Assembly (NCBI GenBank): GCA_943788145.1
Contig: CALSPD010000007.1
Coordinates: 30,587-94,586, forward strand
Direction: 5' to 3'
DNA length: 64,000 nt
Source of the DNA: an uncultured Flavobacteriales bacterium
GTDB lineage: Bacteria; Bacteroidota; Bacteroidia; Flavobacteriales_G; Salibacteraceae
The notes beneath the pieces were generated by a model. The model worked only from the letters and a program-made list of their open reading frames with translations. It did no database searches and was not told the DNA's origin. The stretch's first letter is position 1, and the number at the start of each line of letters is the position of its first letter. The position numbers and the translations under genes are program-made. Below, in pieces: positions 41,040-49,660 of this stretch.

Positions 41040-41064
41040 CAATGCTAACTTTTCAAATATATTG

Positions 41065-41691
41065 TTATTGACCTACTCGCTTTATACTACAACCAATAGA
41101 TCGAGTCGTGTTTGGCTCAATTGGTTTTCCAGCGGACATAGCTTTAATCGCATCCATTAGGTAATGCTCACTCACTTCTTCGCTGTTTTCGCTATTGTCA
41201 TCTATTGACCCTTTATAAGCCAACATAGCGTTCTTGTCGAACATAAAAACGTGTGGTGTAGTTCGTGCGCCAAAAGCATCTGCAACTTCATGATTTGAGT
41301 CCATCAAGTAAGGCATCTTGTATGCTTCTTGACCAGCCTTTTCTTTCATTTTCTCCAATGAATCATCCCCTGATCGTTTTGCTTCGTTGCTGTTAACCAA
41401 CACCATTCCAATTTGGTTGGCAGCGCATAAATCATAAATCTCATTGTAACGATCTTCCCACTGCAAAACGAATGGGCAAGTGTTGCACGAGAATACAACC
41501 AACAATCCATTCATTTTCATTTCCTGACGAAGGAAAGTTGGATTTCCATTTACATCAACCATTTCGTGCTGAAACATCGGTACTGGATCGCCAATTTCAA
41601 CCTGAGTGGCCGCTGGATTTATCCAAGATATTAAACCCGAAACCATCAATACAGCAACAGCTGCTAAACCTAAATTTCTAACTATTTTCAT
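41065..41691 (-). CDS. Secreted thioredoxin-fold (redoxin/TlpA-like) protein
   Basis: Signal peptide and the CNTC (CxxC) motif in VFSCNTCPFV. Confidence 0.8.
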   Translation of the reverse strand: MKIVRNLGLAAVAVLMVSGLISWINPAATQVEIGDPVPMFQHEMVDVNGNPTFLRQEMKMNGLLVVFSCNTCPFVLQWEDRYNEIYDLCAANQIGMVLVNSNEAKRSGDDSLEKMKEKAGQEAYKMPYLMDSNHEVADAFGARTTPHVFMFDKNAMLAYKGSIDDNSENSEEVSEHYLMDAIKAMSAGKPIEPNTTRSIGCSIKRVGQ

Positions 41692-41764
41692 TTGAGATAT
41701 TCTTTAATTGTAGCCTTTTATGGCATGTAAATTAGACGGCAAAGATAGATTTAGTTGCCAACTA

Positions 41765-42409
41765 TTATTCTACATATCCCGAGCGAAGCGCATATCGAAT
41801 TAGACCAGCAATATTGTGCACATCTAGCTTTTTCATCAAATTGGTGCGATGCGTGTCTACTGTTCGATGAGAAATAAACAATTGATCTCCTATCTCCTTA
41901 TTTGAATATCCTTGGGCAATGAGCTTTAGAATCTCTATCTCTCGATCGGTCAGATCATCGCTGAGCATAACATTTTGATAGGCAACATTTGTGCTGTTCG
42001 CACTTCCCGCTAATGTCATGGTTACATCTTCCGAAAAGGCTTTGCCTCCTTCATAGACCTTTTTAATAGCGGCAATCAGATCAATTTGATCTATGTTTTT
42101 TAGAATATATCCCGAAGCTCCTGCGGCTAAAACCTTCTGAATCATCCCTTTTTCATTATGCATAGTCAACGCCATGCACTTAACATCCGGCTTTTCCTGT
42201 TTGATGGCTTCAATTGCTTGAAGGCCGTTCATTATTGGCATGTCTATGTCTACTAAAACCACATCAACGTGCACAACGCGAACAATTTCAAGCAAACGTT
42301 TTCCGTCATTTGCCTCAGCCACAAACTCGAAATCTGGGTATTCCTTAATCAATGCCTTTAATCCATCTAGGACTAATTGGTGGTCATCAGCTAAGGCAAT
42401 TCTAATCAT
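41765..42409 (-). CDS. NarL/FixJ (LuxR-type) response regulator
   Basis: Receiver domain (IALADDH...DVVLVDIDMP) plus a C-terminal LuxR HTH (LTDREIEILKLIAQGYSNKEIGDQLFISHRTVDTHRTNLMKKL). Confidence 0.92.
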   Translation of the reverse strand: MIRIALADDHQLVLDGLKALIKEYPDFEFVAEANDGKRLLEIVRVVHVDVVLVDIDMPIMNGLQAIEAIKQEKPDVKCMALTMHNEKGMIQKVLAAGASGYILKNIDQIDLIAAIKKVYEGGKAFSEDVTMTLAGSANSTNVAYQNVMLSDDLTDREIEILKLIAQGYSNKEIGDQLFISHRTVDTHRTNLMKKLDVHNIAGLIRYALRSGYVE

Positions 42410-42420
42410 GCCAATAAAAT

Positions 42421-42448
42421 ATAAATGAATGTAAGACCTTATTCATTT
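42421..42448. promoter_or_regulatory. 9-bp perfect inverted repeat in the response regulator / membrane-protein divergent intergenic region
   Basis: TAAATGAAT-(10 nt)-ATTCATTTA, beginning 12 nt upstream of the response-regulator start codon. A second inverted repeat, GTCTAT-ttgc-ATAGAC, lies at 42487-42502. Confidence 0.3.
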
Positions 42449-42519
42449 AAACTAAAAATAGCTGAATTAGACACTCGACCTTTCCATGTCTATTTGCATA
42501 GACTTAGCTTCGCAGACTA

Positions 42520-44736
42520 ATGCGTATGAAACGACCATCAACTCTTCTATTGATGCCTTTGTACCTGCTACTTTTTTTGGCAGTTGCATGGGCTTTATAT
42601 GGCAGTCAATTTCAACGCTGGTCATTATTTAGTATTCCGGGTTCAGGTGAAGATGGTGCTAAAAACTATTACACGGTGGCCTATCACATACAGCATGATT
42701 CCACCCTTTCGTGGTTTGAAGGCATGAACTATCCCGAGGGTGAGCACGTGATTTATACCGATAATCAACCCTTAATAAGCAATCTGCTTAAAGCTGTTGG
42801 TGGCTCTGCAGACTGGCTACCCAGCCTTGTTTTCTTTTCAATGCTGATTGGTGGTTGGTTCCTATTTCGACTGATCGATTTTGAGGGTTCGATTTGGTGG
42901 TTCTCCATCCTTGCTTCGTTAGGAATCGTGTTTCTTAGTCCTCAACTGCTGCGATTGGGAGGACACTACTCGTTAGCGTACGTGGGGGTAATTCCGACTT
43001 TCCTTTACATCGTTCATATGGAATCACAAAAGCATTCCATCCTTTATTCTTGTCTAGCCGCTTTGTTCGTTCTTCTAAGTGGATTCATTCACCCTTACTT
43101 CATGGTGATGCTTGTTTTATATTGGATTTGCATAGCTATCACCGATCAGATTGCACTCGTTAAAAAATTTGAGCCTGTTTCCTTTTTCAAAAGCCTCGGT
43201 TTTCCAATAGCATCGCTCATCCTTTTTCGATTGATCATATTTGTCAGTGATCCGGTTATTGACAGACCCGCCAACCCTTATGGATTTATTCACTACAGTG
43301 CGACTTGGTCTTCGGTTTTTTTACCCATTGATTTTAATTATTTCAAGTCCTTAGCTAGTTATGTTGACCAATCGACTGAAGGAGGATTCTTTATTGGACT
43401 TTTCGCTCTTACAGGTTTGGTTTTTGGGTTAATCCAATGGGTTAAAACGGGTCGAAAAGTTGGGTCACTCAGCCTCTCCGTCAAATTCCTTTTGGCAAGC
43501 ATTCCTGTCCTTCTTCTGGCCGTAGCATTCCCGTTTTACGTATGGAAATTTGAACGACTATTGGAATTCGTAGGTCCGCTTCGACAGTTCAGAGGTATTG
43601 GTCGATTTGCGTTTGTCTTTTTCTTTGCTGCTAACCTTTATGCTGCGACAGTAATTGGAAAACTGATTGTTCGAAAAGCCAATAAGAAATCATTCGCTCT
43701 CGCTTTTCTTTGTTTGTTTTTACTCGGGTTTGACGCATATTATTTAAGTGAGCAGGTCGAGGCTCGAACAATTGATGGCACAACAGCCTTTCATGACAGG
43801 TTGCGCAGCGAAATCGAAATTTTGAATGTTCAGCCTACCGAATTCCAAGCCATCATTCCGCTTCCCAATTTTCATGTTGGATCAGAAAACTTTCGGACTC
43901 CGGAAGTTGAAGGCGTAAAGGAACAATCATTTGCCCTAAGTCTAAAAACAGGGCTTCCGCTACACGCTGTGCAAATGAGTCGAACCTCTTTAAGTCAAAC
44001 CTTATCACACCTGGAATTGCTCCATTTTCTTGGGCAAAGCAAACTTCATTTATGTTCTTCTAAAAACTGCCATAAGCCATTTTTACTGTTGGTTAAGCCG
44101 GATGAGGCTTTCGACACAAACGAAGAAAAACTCATTACATATTCGACCTTTATTCAAAACTACAGGGGTTATGAGCTTCGTAAACTAGATCCTGAAAACA
44201 TCAAACAAATTGTTGATGAAAACAACCTTGAATTGTCAAGTCGTCAATCGAAAGCAAAACCGGTAAAGGCTGCAATGAACAATTATCGGTCGTTTGATGA
44301 TTTATCAAGTGAGAAGGTGTTTGCCGGAGAAGGGGCATTGCAAATCAATCGAATAGATTGGACTGATCTTATGCCATCGGAGTCAATGCTAACGGCTGAT
44401 TCAATGGCCGAATTAAGTTTTTGGTTCTATGCCGGACATCAGCAGGCTGTTAACACTCAAATCTGGCTATGGGAAAAGCGAGGTGATGAGGAAATCCGAT
44501 TTGAAGTAAGTGAGGTTGGTGATCATCTAGCGCAAGTAAGAGGTGATTGGATTCTCTGCACCATTCCAATAAAAGTTGAATCCGATGGCAATCAAATTAC
44601 GATTAAAGCGCATCGAGATGGGAACAATATGGTCATTTACCTAGACGAATTGTTGCTTAGAAATGTGGGGCAGGATTACTTTCGGCCCGGATCGCTCAAT
44701 TTAAATAACCGATACATCGAACCTCCACGCACTTAA
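42520..44736 (+). CDS. Large polytopic membrane protein with a roughly 330-aa C-terminal soluble domain, function unknown
   Basis: 738 aa. The first 400 or so residues contain many TM spans and the C-terminal part is hydrophilic. No motif I can assign. Confidence 0.7.
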   Translation: MRMKRPSTLLLMPLYLLLFLAVAWALYGSQFQRWSLFSIPGSGEDGAKNYYTVAYHIQHDSTLSWFEGMNYPEGEHVIYTDNQPLISNLLKAVGGSADWLPSLVFFSMLIGGWFLFRLIDFEGSIWWFSILASLGIVFLSPQLLRLGGHYSLAYVGVIPTFLYIVHMESQKHSILYSCLAALFVLLSGFIHPYFMVMLVLYWICIAITDQIALVKKFEPVSFFKSLGFPIASLILFRLIIFVSDPVIDRPANPYGFIHYSATWSSVFLPIDFNYFKSLASYVDQSTEGGFFIGLFALTGLVFGLIQWVKTGRKVGSLSLSVKFLLASIPVLLLAVAFPFYVWKFERLLEFVGPLRQFRGIGRFAFVFFFAANLYAATVIGKLIVRKANKKSFALAFLCLFLLGFDAYYLSEQVEARTIDGTTAFHDRLRSEIEILNVQPTEFQAIIPLPNFHVGSENFRTPEVEGVKEQSFALSLKTGLPLHAVQMSRTSLSQTLSHLELLHFLGQSKLHLCSSKNCHKPFLLLVKPDEAFDTNEEKLITYSTFIQNYRGYELRKLDPENIKQIVDENNLELSSRQSKAKPVKAAMNNYRSFDDLSSEKVFAGEGALQINRIDWTDLMPSESMLTADSMAELSFWFYAGHQQAVNTQIWLWEKRGDEEIRFEVSEVGDHLAQVRGDWILCTIPIKVESDGNQITIKAHRDGNNMVIYLDELLLRNVGQDYFRPGSLNLNNRYIEPPRT

Positions 44737-44764
44737 GGTGTTATGGATAAGATAAAAACCAATA

Positions 44765-45772
44765 ATGTCGAAAACCACCGTTCTCTTAGTTAACCTCGGA
44801 ACCCCAGACAGCCCAAGTGTCTCAGACGTTCGCAGCTACCTTTCTCAGTTCTTGAATGATCCCAGAGTCATCGATATTCCTTGGCTCGTTCGCAAGCTGC
44901 TGGTCAACTTGATTATCGTTCCGTTTCGAGCGCCAAAAAGTGCTAAGATTTATAAGGATTTATGGACAGCGAATGGTTCTCCAATTATAACACACGGACA
45001 ATCCGTCAAGCAGTTATTGCAAGCAAAACTCGGTTCGGATTACACGGTTGAATTAGCAATGCGTTATAAAAACCCAAGCGTCCCAGATGTGTTGGCACGA
45101 ATCCAAAAAACAAATCCCAAAAAAATCATTATCCTGCCTTTGTTTCCGCACTACGCATCGGCCAGTACTGGGTCTGCGTTGCAAGAGGTAATGGACGTGA
45201 TTCGAAATTGGTGGGTCATACCTGAACTAAGCTTTATAAGCCAATACTGGGATCACCCAGGTTTTATTAATGCATTTATAGCACGTGGCCAGCAGTATGA
45301 TTGGCGCGAATATGATCATGTTATTTTCTCCTATCACGGACTCCCCGAACGGCATGTAGATAAGGTTTATGACAACGGATTATGCCTCGATCGCGATTGT
45401 TTGCACGAAGTGAACGATGAAAATTATTATTGCTATAAAGCCACATGTTATGGAACTACTCGCCTTTTAGCAGCGGGATTAGGAATTCCTGAAGACAAGT
45501 ACACCGTGAGCTTCCAATCGCGACTGGACAAAAATTGGATTGAGCCCTTCAGCGATAAAATCGTGGAGCAAAAAGCAAAGGAAGGCGCAAAGAAATTGCT
45601 CGTTTTCTCGCCAGCTTTTGTAGCTGATTGTCTAGAGACTACCATAGAAATTGGCGAAGAGTATCAAGAGATTTTTGAGGAGCATGGTGGCGAGAAGGTG
45701 CAACTCGTTGAGAGCCTAAACGATCATCCCCTTTGGATAGATGCGCTTGAAGATATGGTCAGAACCCGTTAA
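44765..45772 (+). CDS. hemH: Ferrochelatase
   Basis: VLLVNLGTPDSP, FSYHGLPE and the C-terminal acidic motif. Confidence 0.93.
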   Translation: MSKTTVLLVNLGTPDSPSVSDVRSYLSQFLNDPRVIDIPWLVRKLLVNLIIVPFRAPKSAKIYKDLWTANGSPIITHGQSVKQLLQAKLGSDYTVELAMRYKNPSVPDVLARIQKTNPKKIIILPLFPHYASASTGSALQEVMDVIRNWWVIPELSFISQYWDHPGFINAFIARGQQYDWREYDHVIFSYHGLPERHVDKVYDNGLCLDRDCLHEVNDENYYCYKATCYGTTRLLAAGLGIPEDKYTVSFQSRLDKNWIEPFSDKIVEQKAKEGAKKLLVFSPAFVADCLETTIEIGEEYQEIFEEHGGEKVQLVESLNDHPLWIDALEDMVRTR

Positions 45773-47073
45773 TGAAAAGGCAGTTTAAGAGATATCCATG
45801 TATCGAAGGTTTTGCCGAAAAACTGGTCGAATGGATAGACCAGCAACCGAACGGAATTTGCCTTCGAGGAGAAGGCTGGTGTCAGCACTTTAACGAATCC
45901 TACGAAGCAATTGCAGGTGTTGGCGTGAGGGAATCCTACACATCCAGTCTCTTAAACGCAGCCACTTTTATTGAATCAAATCAAGATTACGTTTTTGTCC
46001 ATTTGAACTACGATGTTAAAAACGAGCTTCATGGTTTAGACTCTCGACATTCAGAAAGAGTGTCGTTTCCTCAATGGAGGATATTTATTCCGAATTGGAT
46101 AATTAAAGTTCAAGAAAACCACATCGAAATTGGCTGGATGGATGACACCCACAGCAGCGCAGAGGCAGATTTACTGATTCAACAAATATCCAATCAAAAA
46201 GAAAATCATCAACATGCTGTAGGTCAGAAAAGAACGCAATCAACGTGGTCGAAGGAAGCCTATTTAACGGCATTAAAAAAGACACTTGCCCATATTCAGG
46301 CGGGGGACATATATCAGGCAAATATTTGTCAAGAGTTTTATTGGGAAGACGTGGCGCTACATTCGGCCCAAGTATTTAATCAAGGATTTCGAACCAATCC
46401 GAATCCCTTTTCCGCGTTTTACAAACTTGACGGCATGCACTGCCTTTGTTGGAGTCCAGAGCGATTTCTCACGTTCAATGGGCGTAAAATCATCTCTCAG
46501 CCGATGAAAGGAACATCACCCCGAGGCAATACTGAGGCCGAGGATCGTATGAATTTTCAATCATTGCAGCGGTCAGAAAAGGACAGAAGAGAAAACGTCA
46601 TGATTGTGGATATGGTTCGAAACGACTTGAGTCACTTCGCAGAAAAGAATTCAGTTGAGGTAAGCGAACTGTATAAGGTTGTTACTTACCCAAAGGTTCA
46701 TCAAATGCACAGTACGGTCACGGCCGATTTAAAAAGAGATGTGCCGTTTTTTGACGCATTATTAAAAGCGTTTCCTATGGGCAGCATGACCGGAGCGCCC
46801 AAAAGACGTGCGATGGAAATAATCGAGCAGATTGAAGCCACGAAACGAGGCCTGTTTTCTGGAACTATTGGCCTTATAACTCCAGATGGCAATGCAGACT
46901 TCAACGTTGTCATTCGGAGCCTGCTATATAATGAATCTACAAAATCACTTTCCTGTATGGTTGGGGGTGGAATTACTGCACAGAGCAACATTGAAGATGA
47001 ATTTGAAGAAAGCCTCGTTAAGTTTGAACCCATTCGCCAATTAATAGAATCGCTGGAAGTACAATCGACCTGA
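45772..47073 (+). CDS. pabB: Aminodeoxychorismate synthase component I-like (chorismate-binding enzyme)
   Basis: The chorismate-binding domain carries PMKGT..RG, ...MIVDMVRNDL, FPMGSMTGAPK and GTIG....G...FNVVIRS. The start overlaps the hemH stop (TAATG). Confidence 0.8.
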   Translation: MKRQFKRYPCIEGFAEKLVEWIDQQPNGICLRGEGWCQHFNESYEAIAGVGVRESYTSSLLNAATFIESNQDYVFVHLNYDVKNELHGLDSRHSERVSFPQWRIFIPNWIIKVQENHIEIGWMDDTHSSAEADLLIQQISNQKENHQHAVGQKRTQSTWSKEAYLTALKKTLAHIQAGDIYQANICQEFYWEDVALHSAQVFNQGFRTNPNPFSAFYKLDGMHCLCWSPERFLTFNGRKIISQPMKGTSPRGNTEAEDRMNFQSLQRSEKDRRENVMIVDMVRNDLSHFAEKNSVEVSELYKVVTYPKVHQMHSTVTADLKRDVPFFDALLKAFPMGSMTGAPKRRAMEIIEQIEATKRGLFSGTIGLITPDGNADFNVVIRSLLYNESTKSLSCMVGGGITAQSNIEDEFEESLVKFEPIRQLIESLEVQST

Positions 47074-47083
47074 AATATTTCAC

Positions 47084-48370
47084 TTGGAACACGAACTTGA
47101 ACATAGACTTAACAAAAGCCTTATCAGCGAATCGGATACAGTCCTTGTCGCTGTAAGTGGTGGACGCGATAGCGTTGCATTAGCTCATTTATTGGTAAAA
47201 GCTGAAGTGCGTATTGCACTGGCTCATGTTAATTATGGTCTTCGCGGTTCTAATTCAGAAAAAGATGCAGCATTCGTTCAAGCCTTAGGTCTTGTGTGGG
47301 ATGTTCCTGTTTATATGCATAACGAGATTGGGAAAGATTGGGGAAGCGTAAATATCCAAATTCATGCGAGGAACATACGTTATGCCTTTTTTGAGCAACT
47401 ATGCAGCGATCATGGTTTCACTAAAATAGCGACAGCCCACCATGCCGAAGACAACATTGAAACACTATTCTTAAACCTGCTCAGAGGAACAGGAATTGAC
47501 GGAATTAAAGGTATTCCTGAACAGCGCGGCAAGATTATTCGACCCATATTAAGCGCTCACCGAGATGAAGTGGACCGATACATAGCTCGACATAAGCTCC
47601 AATATCGGGATGATAAAAGCAATGCGGAAACAAAGTATAAGCGCAATAAAATCAGGCATGACTTGATTTCATTGTTGAAGGAAATTGACTCCGATGCTTT
47701 GGCAAAATTAGATGCGAGCATGCGATTCTTGAATGCCGATGCAGTAGCTATTGCGGAACGAGCTTCCAATCAGCTAAAAGTGATTCCCGAAAAGCGCTTT
47801 GCCCTAAACTTAGCGGATTTACCACTGAATTCTCGGGCTACTTGGCTTTATCATGCGCTTAAGCCATTTGGTTTTAACCGGACTCAATGCGCTGATTTGG
47901 TCGAATCCAAAAGCGGTGGTAGGATTGAAACTGAACAACACATTGCAGCTAAAAAAGGCAGCGAAATTTTCGTAAGTCTAGCGCCCATTCCGATTGAACC
48001 GATGTCAATTTCTGGGTTAGGTGTTTACGAAACCCCCAATTTCAAATTGGAATTTACCGAAATGAAATATGAAGCAAATCGGCTACCGAAAGTCGCCAAC
48101 CAAATCTGGATGGATGCAACCACGGTACAGTTTCCACTCATGCTAAGGCGCTGGCAAGAAGGCGAAAAGTTTCGGCCTATAGGTTCGGAATATGACGTGT
48201 TTATTGGCAAATACTTAAAAGATTTCGGACTAAACCATGTGGCTAAAAAAGAGCAACTCGTTTTGGCAACAATTGACAATGAAGTGCTGTACATTGTTGG
48301 AGTGCGCTTATCGGATAAAGTAAAATGTTCTGAGGCCACCAAAAAAGTTATTTCGATTAAGATGTATTAA
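47084..48370 (+). CDS. tilS: tRNA(Ile)-lysidine synthetase
   Basis: PP-loop VAVSGGRDS and HHAEDNIET motif. TTG start. Confidence 0.9.
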   Translation: MEHELEHRLNKSLISESDTVLVAVSGGRDSVALAHLLVKAEVRIALAHVNYGLRGSNSEKDAAFVQALGLVWDVPVYMHNEIGKDWGSVNIQIHARNIRYAFFEQLCSDHGFTKIATAHHAEDNIETLFLNLLRGTGIDGIKGIPEQRGKIIRPILSAHRDEVDRYIARHKLQYRDDKSNAETKYKRNKIRHDLISLLKEIDSDALAKLDASMRFLNADAVAIAERASNQLKVIPEKRFALNLADLPLNSRATWLYHALKPFGFNRTQCADLVESKSGGRIETEQHIAAKKGSEIFVSLAPIPIEPMSISGLGVYETPNFKLEFTEMKYEANRLPKVANQIWMDATTVQFPLMLRRWQEGEKFRPIGSEYDVFIGKYLKDFGLNHVAKKEQLVLATIDNEVLYIVGVRLSDKVKCSEATKKVISIKMY

Positions 48371-48379
48371 TTTTATCGC

Positions 48380-48865
48380 ATGTCAACAGAAGTTAAATAC
48401 CACGAGAAGCAATACCTTGGTTTCAATCGATTTGGCCTCTTGCGCAGAATCGTCATTATGCTTTTTTGTTTTCTATTCTATTTCGCTTCTGATGACGATC
48501 AAGGAGATACGGCCAATTTGTTTTTTTATGTTGGTATCGCCATTTTGGTTATGAGCGGAATCGCCATGCTAATCTCTCATTTGGAAACAAATATTATTGG
48601 ATCAAAATTGATTCTATCTGGACCTATGACCCACAAAAAGGTTGAACTGGAGTTAAATGGAATAAGCAACATTCACATTCGGCCTTATTCCAAATTCATC
48701 ATGAATCGGCCGATGTTCAATCTCCATCGAAATAACGCGCGCAGGTTTTACACACACGGAAATATGTGCGTAGAATTCACCACTTCAGAAGGAGAAGTAA
48801 TTCGATTGGGAAGTCAGCGTCCCGAAGGCCTCAAGCGTTCATTAGAGGCGGCTCTTCGATCTTAA
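48380..48865 (+). CDS. Hypothetical two-TM membrane protein
   Basis: 161 aa with two hydrophobic spans, then a roughly 90-aa soluble tail. Confidence 0.55.
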   Translation: MSTEVKYHEKQYLGFNRFGLLRRIVIMLFCFLFYFASDDDQGDTANLFFYVGIAILVMSGIAMLISHLETNIIGSKLILSGPMTHKKVELELNGISNIHIRPYSKFIMNRPMFNLHRNNARRFYTHGNMCVEFTTSEGEVIRLGSQRPEGLKRSLEAALRS

Positions 48866-49572
48866 AAAGGCGAGATAGTAATCCCTATGCTCAACCCGTT
48901 CTGCGGGTCTACACTTTTACCGGTTTGAAAAAATGTGGACAGCGAATAGAACCCTGTCAACATTACTGCGCCATATCCAAAACGTACAGTTGGCCCGTAT
49001 CTGAATTTTGAAACATGTGGATAGAAATATAGCTTCGTTTTAAAGCCATTCACATCCTTGATCGTTTCATGCACGTTGATCAAATAACCTACACGTCCAC
49101 CAACAGCTAATTTCCATCTATGTTCTCGACTGTCCTCGAGCGTTCGAAAGCGAAACTCAAAGGGAACATCGACATAATTCAATGAAATTTTGCCTTTTTC
49201 TTTTATAGAACTTGGTTGAATAATAAAATCTGCAAGTTCAGTTGTTCCGGATTTCTTAACTAAGGCGTTGGTATAGTAATTATGGGAAGCAAATCCGCCT
49301 CCAATTGCAAAGCTTACTTGGCCGTTGGCCTTTATTGGATAGTCATACATCAGGCTTACTGCAATTCCGCGACCATACCATTTCTGGCGAACTGGGTCTT
49401 GTAATCCAATCAAACGATCCCAGTTCAGATCCACTAGGAGCATATCCATATGTGGTTTTTTGCCTAAATTTTTATTGCTGTTTCTATCTGTGGAAGATAT
49501 GGTGCTATCTACTTGTGCACTAACGCTGAAAGCAAAAAACGCTACGAGTAAGCTTAGAAAAAAATGTCTCAT
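48862..49572 (-). CDS. Outer-membrane beta-barrel protein (OMP_b-brl_2 / PorT-like family)
   Basis: Signal peptide MRHFFLSLLVAFFAFSVSAQ, alternating beta-strand pattern, LNYVDVPFEFRF motif and a C-terminal Phe. Confidence 0.7.
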   Translation of the reverse strand: MRHFFLSLLVAFFAFSVSAQVDSTISSTDRNSNKNLGKKPHMDMLLVDLNWDRLIGLQDPVRQKWYGRGIAVSLMYDYPIKANGQVSFAIGGGFASHNYYTNALVKKSGTTELADFIIQPSSIKEKGKISLNYVDVPFEFRFRTLEDSREHRWKLAVGGRVGYLINVHETIKDVNGFKTKLYFYPHVSKFRYGPTVRFGYGAVMLTGFYSLSTFFQTGKSVDPQNGLSIGITISPF

Positions 49573-49660
49573 GGTAAATTTTCGATGGCAAAGGTAATGC
49601 TTGATCGGCTACGTTAAATATGAATACAACCTCCTAGGCATGAACTTCGTCTTTGTGTGC

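Noticed and set aside
48862-48865. Convergent genes sharing stop codons (TTAA at 48862-48865, TTAG at 21533-21536, and zero spacing at 2257/2258)
   Set aside because: This is real, but it is simple genome compaction. No hairpin or other element is present, so it does not point to a specific mechanism.
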